This document shows positions 25,010-37,140 of a stretch of DNA of 64,000 bases, in pieces. The notes under the pieces are model-generated. The model was not told where the DNA came from. It saw only the letters and a program-made list of their open reading frames with translations, and did no database searches. Where the stretch lies: assembly GCA_964106915.2 (NCBI GenBank), contig OZ066919.1, one strand, 5' to 3'. Position numbers and translations under genes: made by a program. The stretch is from Podarcis gaigeae (lineage: Eukaryota). Numbering within the stretch: position 1 is the first letter of the stretch; each line of letters opens with the position of its first letter.

Positions 25010-25251
25010 CAGTAGTATGTCAGGTTACATACGCTTCGGGTTACATAAGATTCAGGTTACAGACTCTGCTAACCCAGAAATAGTACCTCGGGTTAAGAAC
25101 TTTGCTTCAGGATGAGAACAGAAATTGTGCTGTGGTGGCGCAGCGGCAGCAGGAGGCCCCATTAGCTAAAGTGGTGCTTCAGGTTAAGAACAGTTTCAGG
25201 TTAAGAACGGACCTCCAGAACGAATTAAGTACTTAACCTGAGGTACCACTC
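25010..25251 (+). mobile_element. Tc1/mariner-pogo-type MITE (242-bp form)
   Basis: Same family as 15611, TA flanks, one extra 16-bp subterminal repeat. Confidence 0.93.
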
Positions 25252-26676
25252 TACAGCTTTTGCAGAACAAGACTACAGGCAACTACAAATTTACTCCCAG
25301 TTGATGCACTGTTGCATATTCATACCTTGCTACAACCCAGAAGTGGCCAGAAAAGGGGATAGAATGGGGGCGGAGTGAGCTTATGCATGCTGGGGTCAGG
25401 AATGCAAAACACCCACACACACACAAAACAGTTTTTGCCTGTATTTTCCTTTGCAGATTCTGATGGGGGACGGGGAGCAAGAGGGCACAAGTGCCCCGGT
25501 TGGCAAGTTAGCAGGGCAGCAAACTGCATCCTGCCCTGACAATAACATGGCTTGTAGGGGAAAGCCATGCTTGGTGACTCCCCAGTTCGGACAATCACCT
25601 CTTCTAATAAGCAGAACTCAGCTGGAACATAAAGGAGGAGTTTCCAAGCATATGCTGTGGCGGCATTCCTTTCTATTTTTCTCATGCCGTGTCATCAGGC
25701 CATCATTAGCTTGGCAGTGAAACACTGGTGGCTGGCTTGCTGAGTTAGCAGCGACGAGACCAGGGAAAGTGGGCAGGAGCCATCGGTGCCAGCAGTCAAG
25801 ATGGTGCCTGGCTGGGGCTTTGCAGGGGAGGAGAGGAGGAGGCAGCCCTGGCACCACGTTGGCCATGTCAGGCAGTGACTGGTGATTTGCTAGATGCATT
25901 TCTGAACCCAGTTAGAGAGGCTGAGAGCAGGTGCTGCAAACTTGAATGCTACACTGGCAGTGTTGTTTCTCCAGTTGACGCTCCTGTGCTTTCTCGCCTT
26001 GGCAGGCTCAGGTTTATGCTGCTGCTGTTGCTGTGTTTTTTTCTTGTTTAGCAATCTGCAAGAGTTCCATGAGGCATAGTTTTGGTGAGGGTAGGGCAAA
26101 TGGGAAGCTGCCCCCCCAAAAAAAATCATTGGCAGAGATTTTTTTGGGGGGGAGAGAAAGCTTAATTCAAATTATTTGTTAGTTTTTCAAAAATACCACT
26201 TCAGATTAAATTATTTGGCAGTTTATAGTTTAGGAGCCACTTCTGTATAAAGAAAACGCATCAGCACTTTTAAAAGGATGCTTCACATTGTGAGTGGCAA
26301 TTAAGCACTGCCACTAAAAAGGACACCCTCCCAAGAGAGTTCACAATTGGAGAGCAGCAGTGCAGACTCCCTCCCGCCCCCAGCAAAATTTGTAAATCTG
26401 GCACTGTTCTTCTGTAGCACTAACACTAGCTCAAGTTGGAAGCATAAACATGGTTGCATGTGGAAAAGCCTGTTGGTTTACATTTTGTAATTTCTGTTTG
26501 TATCCAACAGTAGAAAAAACATCATATGTTAAGTGCTTCAGAAATTAGGAGCTCTGTAATTAACTTTAAAATGACAAACCCTATCAGCAGACTTGCAGTC
26601 TTAAAAAAGGAAGAACAGACAGAGATCAAAGGTTGAAGAATTTAGGAGCAAGGATATCACACACTGTTTAGAAACT

Positions 26677-26802
26677 GTTACAGATAGGTAGCTGTGTTGG
26701 TCTGCCATAGTCAAAACAAAAAAAATCCTTCCAGTAGCACCTTAAAGACCAACTAAGTCAGTTCTTGGTATGAGCTTTCGTGTGCATGCACACTTCTTCA
26801 GA
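26677..26802 (-). mobile_element. Penelope-like element terminal fragment
   Basis: Resembles the recalled squamate PLE terminal repeat, carries a hammerhead core, and is flanked by the 8-bp direct repeat tagaaact (26669-26676 / 26803-26810). Confidence 0.8.
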
Positions 26803-26804
26803 TA
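26768..26804 (-). ncRNA. Minimal type I hammerhead ribozyme motif (PLE-type)
   Basis: Minus strand UAU-CUGAAGA-A-GUGUGCAUGCACAC-GAAA-GC-UC-AUAC: both conserved core boxes, stem II hairpin, palindromic AGCU in place of stem III, 3-bp stem I. Confidence 0.8.
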
Positions 26805-27874
26805 GAAACTTGAAAGGATGGAGAGGGTTGGCAGTGAGAGAGATTTGGAAGTTGGATAGGAGAATGAATTCCAAAGAGAAAGAGAAGGTCTAGAATGCAT
26901 GAAATGGAAGAAGTAATTCAAGGTTAAGCAGAGAAGACTATTTGTAGAGTGGAGAAGACAAGAAAGAAAGTAAAGAGAAGAGAAGAGAAGAAAGACTATT
27001 AAAGAGGCAATGAGTGAAGAGATGGGAAAACAAAATAGTAACTTCCCTGGCTCCTGTTAGATCCAGTTGAAGGGAGTGCAAGAGAGGAGAAGCATGGGCA
27101 AAACATGGGTGGACCAAACAAATGGGCAGCAGAATTGAAAACAGGAAAGTAGAAGAAAGAAATCCAGAAGAGAGACAATTACAGTAATCAATCTGGGAAA
27201 GAATTAAGAGAAAAGACTAATGTCTTTGCAGTTTTTCAGTTAACCTGAGGGCCACTTTGGCATTTTGCTCTTAACCACAAAAAGGCATGCTTGTCACTTT
27301 TATCTTGTGAACTGCCCTGATCTTTTGATGAAATGTGGTATATAAATATAGAAAATAAATTAAATAAAGGCATTCTCTGCTAACTCCTTTTTCTCTGCAC
27401 ATACCAAAGCATGCTCTCATCACGTATATCGCTCATTTTCTTTCCCCATACCAGACTTTATTCTCAGCAACTCTCTCAAAAGCACACAAGTCTTTAACTC
27501 TCACAGCATTTCAAAGGACATCTCAGAGGTGGGCAGTGAAGTATAGCTATGTGGTTGAAGCAGAATTGAAAAACTGGAGCCATCTCCGCCCACACCTTTG
27601 AATTTAGAGAAGGAAGAAGCAGTGCACACCACAATGCAGCCCTTTGGCAGCCTCCTTTTAAACAAATTCATCCACAGGGCTGCAGGCCTTACGTTGTACA
27701 AACTTGCAACAGAGGGAGAAGAGAGCAAAGGACTTCTTAGCAATTGTAGCAAAACCAACCAGGGCAGTATCCAACTAATGTGTCTCACTGGTCCAAGGAT
27801 TAACACTTTGACAAAAGTGCTTTCCCCTCTCTCTTCTCTCCTCTCTCCTCTCTCCTCACACCTCATCCTTTCTC

Positions 27875-28320
27875 TTTCCCTCAGAAAGATAATAGTGAAA
27901 GCGAGAAAATGTATGTCCACCAAATTCCAAAGAAGAAATAGTAGATTAATCAACATTGCTAAAAGGTAAGGACAAGTAAAAGGTAAAGGTAAAGGTGCCC
28001 CTGACCGTTAGGTCCATTCGCGGACGACTCTGGGGTTGTGCGCTCATCTAGCTCTTTAGGCCGAGGGAGCCGGCGTTTGTCTGCAGACAGCTTCTGGGTC
28101 ATGTGGCCAGCATGACTAAGCCACTTCTGGCGAAACCAGAGCAGCGCACAGAAATGCCGTTTACCTTCCCACCGGAGTGGTACCTATTTATCTACTTGCA
28201 CTTTGACGTGCTTTTGAACTGCTAGGTGGACAGGAGCAGGGACTGAGCAGAGGGCTAAAAATTGACCAAGTGATACAGCACAAAAATGGGAGGAGCAACA
28301 AACAGATTCAGTGAAATGCC
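27875..28320 (-). mobile_element. Ancient L2 RT-domain fragment interrupted by a Sauria SINE
   Basis: Minus strand PFSNVD*STISSLEFGGHTFSRFHYYLSE resembles L2 'AFDTVDH...LGFxG..LSWFxSYLSxR'. Colinear with 26560-27240. Confidence 0.65.
27977..28249 (-). mobile_element. Sauria SINE, subtype B, 5'-truncated
   Basis: (AAAGGT)n reversed tail. Body matches the 30017 copy; tRNA head absent. Confidence 0.92.
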
Positions 28321-29865
28321 AATTCTCCTTAAGTGCAGGTGATGCACTTCTCCTTAACCCAACAGTATTTCAGCCCCTTCTGTTTTAGTTTATTTCATTT
28401 CCAAAGAAGTGATAGAGGGTGTATGTTTTATAAAAATGTTATTGAAGATCAGAGAATTGCTGTGGAGGAGTGTATTGTTGTGCATTGTTTTCTACTGCTC
28501 CCCCCTTCCCCCACAAAGGTTTCCAAAAGTGCTCACATAGACAAGCTCTTAACTTCCACTTTATTCCTGTTAATTACTGTGAGATGGGTACGCGGCTTGT
28601 CACACACATTTAACCACACCATTCGAAAGCACATTTCTCTTTAGCACTGCTGTTGCTTCTGAGCTCTAGTTTCCTAGTTAGAGCTTGATAAGCTACCAAG
28701 CCTTGCAAAACTAGTTTGTCCAGAGACCATTGTGAGTCAGAAAAAATGAATATGTATGTAATGGGGCACCAATGGCTTTTACAATGCCATTTCTATGCCT
28801 TCATAAAGCTATTTCTGAATATATCCATAGTGTCTAAGCAGGGAATATGAGCTCCCTTCCTGCTTCACCTTTTTTTTTTTTGCCATCCATCTCTCCTTTC
28901 ATTGGAGGGCTGTGGCAGTACTTGGTGGTTGCTTCTGGGATCTCTTTGCTTAATATTTCTAGTGGCATGTATTTGCTTTTGTTACAATAGATAAACTCTA
29001 GAAATGCAATAGAACGTTTACGAAATGAAAAGCTTTTATCCTGTTGCCTGCAGTTCGTAGAGGCTTTGGGGAAATGAATGCATGCGACTATGAAGCAACC
29101 TCACTGTGAACAGCCTGATGCAAGCTTTCTCATTCTCATTCCCATTCCCATTTCCTGCCTCCTGTCTGCTTCCTTGCTGTTCCTTGAAAATAGAGCAGTT
29201 CTATTTCCCAGATGACCACTGGAATAAAAAGAAACAACAAAAAAAACCAAGGCAGTAAGACAAACAGTTCTTCTTTTTGAACGAATTGTGTTGTCATTTT
29301 CTCTTGCTTTTAACTGCTATCTGTAGTATAAGATATGACACAGTAAATCAGTGCAGGATTTCTTTTCTCTGATGCATATTATATGTATCTCACTTACAAG
29401 GATGGGATAATTAGAAGATGAATTTTCTTTTTGTCATGGACAGTGATGGATCAAAAAGAATCCTTTAACATTAATTTTATTGCCTTCTATAACAGAGATA
29501 TTAATGCCAAGATTCTAATTCAGGCCCTTGAGAACCAAATTGCTTCGTTAAAAAGAAAAAAAGAAAAAGAAAATTGTGGTTATAAAAGTGCTGTGATGCT
29601 ATCCTTTTCATGTCATACAATGAAATCAAGGGGGGAAAGGATTGCATTTAAAGTCATGTCCACACTCAGTACATGTAATACCTTCATCCTATTTGATTTG
29701 CCTTAGGCAGGGAAATCCCAAGAAAAAGGGGGCAAAAAAGAAAGATTTGTGGTATGTTGGGAGTGCCTTTCTTTCAGAGGGAGAAAAATTGAACACAACT
29801 AATTTGAGTATTCACATTCTGTTGAATACATTATAATATTTAAGAATTCCCATGGTTTGACATTG

Positions 29866-30599
29866 AGCCAGTTTGCACACCACACAGCACTAAGCCAAAA
29901 AGATGGTTTAACATGAACATGCAAGCATAGACTCCCAGAGGGAAGATTGCAACCACTTTGCTTCTCCTGCTTATTTTGGCATAGTGTGTTTTCTGAATCC
30001 GGGCTTATAGTTTAATGGTAAAGGTAAAGGACCCCTGACGGTTAAGTCCAGTTGCGAACGGCTCTGGGGTTGCGGCGCTCATCTCGCTCTATAGGCCGAG
30101 GGAGCCGGCGTTTGTCCACAGACAGCTTCCGGGTCATGGGGCCAGCATGACTAAGCCACTTCTGGAGAACCAGAGCAGCGCATGGAAACACCGTTTACCT
30201 TCCTGCTGGAGCAGTACCTATTTATCTACTTGCACTTTGACATGCTTTCAAACTGCTAGGTGTGCAGGAGGTGGGACTGAGCAACAGGATTCGAACCGCC
30301 AACCTTCTGATCGGCAAGCCCAAGGCTCAGTAGTTTAGACCACAGCGCCACCCACGTCCCGGGGTTTATAGTTTTCCTGTCTCCAAATGAACCATGGTCT
30401 ATAACCAAGGTTTGCTCTGTGCCTTACAGCTTGTGGGAGAGCTGAACAATGAACTGGGGTTCAGACACACTAAATCATAGTGCAGCAGCAAAACAACCAG
30501 AGAGGAGCAAAGTGGCAGTGATCTCCTTTGTGGGAGCCAATACATTTTGCTTGTTCATACTAAGCTATGGTTTGGGTAGGTGTTATATATACAGCAGCT
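29866..30599. mobile_element. Old palindromic non-autonomous element (host of the SINE at 30017)
   Basis: Left and right halves show degenerate inverted similarity (ccactttgcttctcct / agaggagcaaagtgg; gtgtgttttctgaa / ttcagacacac). Contains ccatggtt-type motifs that recur elsewhere in the window. Confidence 0.55.
30017..30360 (-). mobile_element. Sauria SINE, subtype B, near full length
   Basis: Head, body and tail present, with a ~20-bp internal deletion after the B box. TSD gggcttatagttt / gggtttatagttt. Confidence 0.95.
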
Positions 30600-31020
30600 C
30601 CCTAAGAAGAGGTGTCAGGCCTCAAGCCCAGTATCTTGAACTGAGGAATGTCGGGCACAGACATGGCTAAAGTAGGGAAATACTAGAAACTTCAGACCAT
30701 CACAGAAGCCATTTGAACAGCAATTTTCAGTGGCGTAGCCATATAGTTCATTGCACAAAAACCAATAAAGAATAATGTTGCTGAACTCCAACTCCATCCA
30801 TTGGACGTGTTTACTGAACTTCAACTTCCATCTGTGCCAGCAAGCATGGCCAATGGATGAAGTTGTGAGTTGAGCAGCACCCAGAGGGCAAAAGGTCCCC
30901 TACACCTGATTTATAGGAATAAATCATACTCATTGTTCCCTCTCTATGACCCTCAGCTGCACAAGATGCATGGAGTAGCAGGGCATCTTTGGATCTACTT
31001 TAAGGGAGAGTAGAGAGTTA

Positions 31021-31388
31021 GGGACGCAGGTGGCGCTGTGGGTTAAAGCCTCAGCGCCTAGGACTTGCCGATCGAAAGGTCGGCGGTTCGAATCCCTGCG
31101 ACGGGGTGCGCTCCCGCTGCTCGGTCCCAGCGCCTGCCAACCTAGCAGTTCGAAAGCACTTCTGGGTGCAAGTAGATAAATAGGGACCGCTTACCAGCGG
31201 GAAGGTAAATGGCGTTTCCATGTGCGGCTCTGGCTCGCCAGAGCAGCGATGTCACGCTGGCCACATGACCCGGAAGTGTCTCCGGACAGCGCTGGCCCCT
31301 GGCCTCTTGAGTGAGATGGGCGCACAACCCCAGAGTCTGTTAAGACTGGCCCGTACGGGCAGGGGTACCTTTACCTTTACCTTTACCT
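31021..31388 (+). mobile_element. Sauria SINE, full length, subtype A
   Basis: Near-identical to copies at 51 and 1286. No TSD detectable. Confidence 0.95.
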
Positions 31389-33326
31389 ATGTATCTAGTG
31401 GTTTTTTTTCTTCTACATGCAGATGTAGGAGCAGCTATGCATAGAAGGTCAACAATCATAGAGAGAACAGGTCAGAATTGGCCCCATCCCCAAAGTTAGC
31501 ATGACCATTGCTCCCAGAGTTCACAGGAAGTATTGTTCCTTTGTTCCCCCCAAAGCAGGTTGGAACAGCAGGCACTGAATGAACACCAAGGGTTCCTTTG
31601 GAGGACACATAATGCTTTGCAGCTGCTATAGGGCCCTTTTTTCATTTAGCATAAAGTGTAGCAATAGTCATTACTGTAGTGGGACACAAAGACAAGGTAA
31701 TGCCAGAGGAGATTTCTGTGTGACACATGGTAGGTTACTACTGTGACACCAGGTTACTACTCCTTTTGTCCATTACTTGAAAAAAACTGACCTTTTAATG
31801 TGTTATTCCTAAGCAGTTGTCTTTATTGTTACAATTTGTTAATAGGTTCAGAACTCACACCAAAGTACAAAGTAGTTAAATAGTTAGGCTTATCAACCTG
31901 AAAGATGCATTGTCTCAGCTGCCAAGACTGATTACCTTCTGCCTTTTATGCAATGAGCAAAATATTCAGCTGTGTCGTTAATGAGGAATCATTAGCAATC
32001 TGAACAGGCAGATGTGATTTTAGCTATTAGTTCTCAAATCACCTCCTTTTAATCAGCTTGAACACTCATGTTCAGGGTAGACTAAGAGGTCTCTCTTGCA
32101 AACCTTAAATAGTATTACAGCCTAAAATGTGATCAACTCTGGATGCAAACTTTAGAGAACCTCCTGTCTACATGGCCTTCATTTGCACGTATATGAGATA
32201 CCTGTTCAAAGAATGGTGTAGATTGGTGGTAGACCCACTGTAGAAACCCATCTTGAACAGCAACCTGGATGTTGCAGAAGATATGCGCTCTGCAGTGATT
32301 CATTCTTTATGTCAGTAAACCTCAGTATTTGAGGACAGATGCTTAGCTGAGAGAAGATACACACTGAGAATTTTGGGATGACTACAAGTCATTTCCAGTG
32401 GTCTGTACATAATGCTAATCCCTAGTTAAATTAGGATTTATTAATATATATTTTTTGTTACAAAATAATCATATTTGTTTTCTATGGTAAAGATTATATT
32501 AAATGGAGATGACTTAGACAATAGGTATCTTCAACTTTTTAGCTCCAACTCCGGGGTCACTTTGAACTCAATGCTCTCCCCACATATATCATTTAAGAAC
32601 TCCTACCTTAATTATCTACTTTTTGTCTTCATTTTATTCCTGACCACCAAATATGCTAGTTTTGATGGAGACTTACTTTGTTATCTGCTTTTTACTTCAT
32701 GATTATAGAACAGTTTGGAGAAAATGTCAGTGCTAAGGATTAAATAAACAGAGGGAAATTTTTTAAATTTTTTTAAAAAGCAAATAACCAGTCTTCATCA
32801 CATTTGAGCATGAAGAATTTCATTATTAAGTCCTAATGTTTCCAAAGCAAATAGTTACGGTACTGACAGTAGTATATTGGGTGCAAAGAACGCTAGAATT
32901 TTCTGCATACCATTTTTCTGACCCAAACCGCTGGTGTGTCTGTCATGGTTATTTGCTTGTAATATGTGCTACTACATCAATGGTGTTTCCATCTTATCCT
33001 TTGTCTGTTACAAAAACTCAGTTCAGTAACTGAGGCATTGCTTGGTTGCCAAGGTTATTTCAAAGTCTCAAGCTTACCAGTCACATGACCATGAATTTAC
33101 CTGGAAAATGACTTAAAAGCACAATTAGACCACTATATAAGCTTTTAAGTATGGGCTCAGTTAGCCAACAGAAATTTGCTTAGTCACAGATATTTTGTTA
33201 GAATAATGAAAACTGGAGTAGGCTGAAATGCAGAACTCCACATTTGTTTTACTATGTTGTTGTAGTTTAATGTGATTTTTGAATAAAATAAAGTTGTCCT
33301 ATTATTTAAATACTGATAACAAGATA

Positions 33327-33583
33327 CAGTCATACCTCATGTTATGTCCACTTCAGGTTGCGTGTTTTTGTCTTACATCCCACGGCAACCCGGATGTACC
33401 AGAATAGGTTACTTCCAGGTTTTGCCGCATGCGCAGAAGCGCTAAATCGTGCTTTGCGCATGCACAGAAGTGCCAGATAGTGCCGTGTGCCTGCGCAGAT
33501 GTGGTGCTTTGAGTTGCGGGCTTTTCACGTTAGAGGCTCCGGGCCTCCGGAATGGCTCTCGTCTGTAACACGAGGTACCACTG
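33327..33583. mobile_element. Tc1/mariner-pogo-type MITE, different family
   Basis: TA-cagtcatacctcatgtta ... taacacgaggtaccactg-TA, internal gcgcatgcgca repeats. Confidence 0.85.
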
Positions 33584-33943
33584 TATTTATCTTTTCATAA
33601 TTTATATCCATTCCACACTACACCCACCCAGTTTCAAATTTATGCTATCCTGGGGAAGAAAGTATGTTGGGGAATCTCTGTTTCATTCTGATTGTGGTAA
33701 TAAGTATACAGAATTTCCACAGTAGATTTTTTATGATATACAGTACCAGGAAGGCTTTCTTTTTCTGTGTGATGTCCAGTCATTCTCTCATTGGAAGTGT
33801 TTTTGTAGCAGACCAGTGTGGGGATTTCCATAACTTCCTTTCAAGCCCATCTTCAGATATTTCAACCAGTGTAACCAGCATAAATATTTGCTGCTACATC
33901 CTGATGTGCACTTACTCTTTGCCCATCCTGCATTAATATAGAC

Positions 33944-34039
33944 CAGAGATGAGGAACCTGTGGCCCTCCAGATGCTGTCTGGGTCTGACTGGAGTTGAAG
34001 TCCAGCGACCTCTGGAGGACCACAGGTTCTCCATCACTG
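33944..34039. mobile_element. hAT-type MITE, internally deleted
   Basis: cagagatgaggaacctgtggccctccaga / tctggaggaccacaggttctccatcactg, degenerate TSD atatagac/atttaggc. Confidence 0.75.
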
Positions 34040-35354
34040 ATTTAGGCTCAGTTTCTCCCAATTGGGACTGCTTCCTCTTTCTGTCCAGTCAGGCTTATGG
34101 TGCTACAGAATGACTAACCTGTCACCCGCTGTTCCCTCCCCTTCTTGCTTTCCCCCCAGCTTTCCCATTGAATACATAGTCTGGTTGACTGTTTTTTGGT
34201 GTGTGCTACTGATATCTCCTATACTATCCAGGGCAGGACTTCAGGGAGTGAATGTTTTGCTTTATGATTCCGCAAAGAACATAATTTTTCCAGTTGGAAA
34301 AATACATTTTATTAGTAATTGATCTAGGATATTAAGCAGTATCGGTCTATAGCAAGAAATCTGACTACTTCAGCCAATCATGATTTCCTTCTTCCTTGCT
34401 GTGTCTTATATCTCAGTTCCAAGGCTGCCTGTCGTCATTGATCATTTTTGTTTGGTGATGACCTTAACTATTCTGTAGAGAAAGGTTCTAAACTCCAGAA
34501 ATGAGCCTTGATCAAGCTTTTCTGGATGGATTTATGGGAGGTTTTCACCATGACACGTGGAAAATGACATTATGAGCCTGTAATCAAAATCTTTTCTATG
34601 TAGGAAGGTCAAATCAGTCACAATGAAACATAGTTTTCAGGGGGGGGAAATGCAGTTATAAAAAGCAGGTTTAACTTGGGTATGTTATTGGGATGAATTA
34701 GTGTTGCCCCCTCCCCGAGGTATTTCAGTTCCCAACATCAACATTGGCATCATCTATATACGCATCTCTTGATTCAAGCCATGCATTACTATGACTTTCC
34801 TACTTTGAATTATTTAGCTGAAATTAAATTTAAATTCCTCAAACACAACTTGTATTTTTTTCTTTGGCAATTGATTAATAGTTTGAATACAAAATAGTAC
34901 CTCTCCTAAAAACACATCTAATTGTTTTTAGAGACCAGGTATAGGTCTCTATAATTAAACGAGTACGGTAATTATACAATATGGCAACAAATCCTTTAAA
35001 AAAAATTATTTTATAGAGTTTTGTACAATCTAAATGGCACAGTAAAGAGTAACAATAACAACAAAACAATTATAAGTCTATTGTGATTTGTTCCATAAAC
35101 TAATACATACATACATAGAGAAGGCATAAATGAGAGTATAAATGAAGTTGGAATCACATTAGTTTATCAAATTTCTCCAGAAATATGTATGTAAGGCTGG
35201 TGGTTTGAGATCTACAGATGAATTGATAAATTTGTAAATGCATCAAGTTGAGCCTGTGTCTTGGCTAATGTGATAACTCCTATTCTGAATTATGTTATGT
35301 TGTTGCTGTTGCTTTGTGATAGCCTTCAGAAGAACCTGCAGAAGTCTGGTGTAG

Positions 35355-35560
35355 CAGCATGCAAACAATTTTTCTCAGGAAGAGAGTCTGAGGAACTGAG
35401 GAAAATAGTGGTCTCAAGAGATGAATTTCTAGCCCTTATTGACAAATTAAGAACAAACTAATCATTGGGTCCAGATGGTATTCATCCGAGAGTTGCTAAG
35501 GAACTCAAATGTGGAATTGCTGATTTTCTGATATATAAAACTGGTCCTGCAGATCAGCAG
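35355..35560 (+). mobile_element. CR1 LINE internal fragment (start of RT)
   Basis: Translates to LIDKLRTN*SLGPDGIHPRVAKELKCGIADFL, the CR1 'KSPGPDGIHPRVLKEL' motif. Confidence 0.85.
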
Positions 35561-36232
35561 TCATGTGTGTGCACACTTCCCTATGCAGACACACATATGA
35601 CTAACCATTGGGATGGGCAGAGAGCAGATCAAAGATAAAAAATTCAGAAGTCTTTCTCCTCATCACAGTACCGCCAGCGCCACCCTTCTGTTGTTCTAGC
35701 AGGGAAGTGGTGTGGATAAGCGAGAGAAAAAGTTAAAAGGTTCTCCTCGCAGCCCAGCACTGCCCCCTCTAGTCCTCTGTTGCTGGCCTGGAGAAGAGTC
35801 AGTAAATTGGCTCAGGGGGCTGGTGGGCCATTGAAAGCAGTTTGATGAGCCCAATCTAGTCTGGGGGCCATGGCCTTGCCACCCCTGGTTCAAAGCTTTT
35901 TCCTCTGCTCTCAGAACAGCTTACAAGAATGTTGGCTGTATCATCCATAGATTTTCCTTCCCACTGAGCCAGGACCCGAAGACCTGCCATCTCCATTTGG
36001 ATTGTAATTACGGCAAAGAAATATTTTAATTAATTGAGGGGGTGCATTTTTTAGAGGTGCTATTTCTTGCCTACTGGTTTCTTGTTAAGACTTGGTAGCT
36101 TTGTTTTCCCAGTAAGAACAGACTCAGTTTTTTTATTATCCACTTGGAATAGGCTGTGGGTGCTGAAAATACTCCCTATGTGGTATTGATTTATACAAGC
36201 AATCAGTATTTCCAATCCAATAATCTTTTCTG

Positions 36233-36234
<2 letters not shown>

Positions 36235-36280
<46 letters not shown>
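36235..36280. repeat. (TAA)n microsatellite
   Basis: About 15 perfect units. Confidence 0.98.
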
Positions 36281-36282
<2 letters not shown>

Positions 36283-36684
36283 TTGCAACTCAATTCCATG
36301 CAGTTTTACTAGTCTCACTGAGTTAGTTCAGTGATGCCTACTCCTAGATATGTTTGCATGGGGTCAAATGAGAAAACTATGAACCTCAAGCCAAGGTGAA
36401 CCTCAGACATTGCATCACATTACAGTGGCAGCACCCAAGCAGTACAAGTGTCAAAATTTAGCAAGACTTAGTGAGAATTCTGTGGTCACCGCTGAATCTT
36501 TCCATTAATACCAAGGTTGAAATCAAACAACACAATTCATCTAAAGGCCCGAACGAACAACTGGGTTTAAACCAAATGTTGGAAGATCAATAACGGTATA
36601 GCAGTACAAGTTTCCATGGGGAGTGCATTGGCTCCTAGAAGCTGTCAGCATGTTACAGCAGCTACACCCCAGGAAACAGCTTCA

Positions 36685-37140
36685 ATTGGCCAACTAAACC
36701 AGGTGATGGTTCTCAAATCCTCAGAGAGTTAGAGAGTTCCCCTCCATGCAAAGGCAGGCTCTGGCAGGTTGAGCAGTTGAGATCAATAGTAGGTCCAATG
36801 TTCAGAAGGTGGTTTCTGCATGTGCTGTAGAGGGAAATGAGGGGCAGGTGGGGCTTGCTAGTCTGGGAAGCTAGCCCTTCTAGGAGAAGGAAAACTCTGA
36901 TCCTAAGCCTCCTCTGCCTTGTGGCTATATTCATTTGTGAGAAAGGCTTCAGGAGTAAACTCCTGCAACTTCTGCAGCCAAGCTGGCATCAAATGTTTTG
37001 CCCTTCTTTCCTTTGGACCACATTAGCTGGCCAAGAGGGGAGTCTTGTCATCTGGGCAGCCCAGGACCTTCTTACACTGCCCAGGCTTGCACCCTGGAGA
37101 GGTCACTTAAGTGTTGCTAATGCACCAAAAACAATGTGTG
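36685..37140 (+). mobile_element. LINE 5'-region remnant (Vingi/RTE-like, tentative)
   Basis: GC-richer block with ggagaaggaaaactctgatcctaa...ggcttcaggagtaaac, recalled from reptile LINE 5' regions. No in-window confirmation. Confidence 0.4.

Larger units (their letters stand above)
26560..27240 (-). mobile_element. Ancient L2 LINE fragment (post-RT region)
   Basis: Minus strand reads KTAKTLVFSLILSQIDYCNCL, the L2 'AKTLVxALILSRLDYCN' motif. Purine-rich plus strand is typical of reversed L2. Confidence 0.75.

Noticed and set aside
27885-27965. 81-nt exon-like segment with pyrimidine tract, AG acceptor and GTAAG donor
   Set aside because: The minus strand translates to a decayed L2 RT motif and the pyrimidine tract is a simple repeat, so it is best explained as antisense L2.
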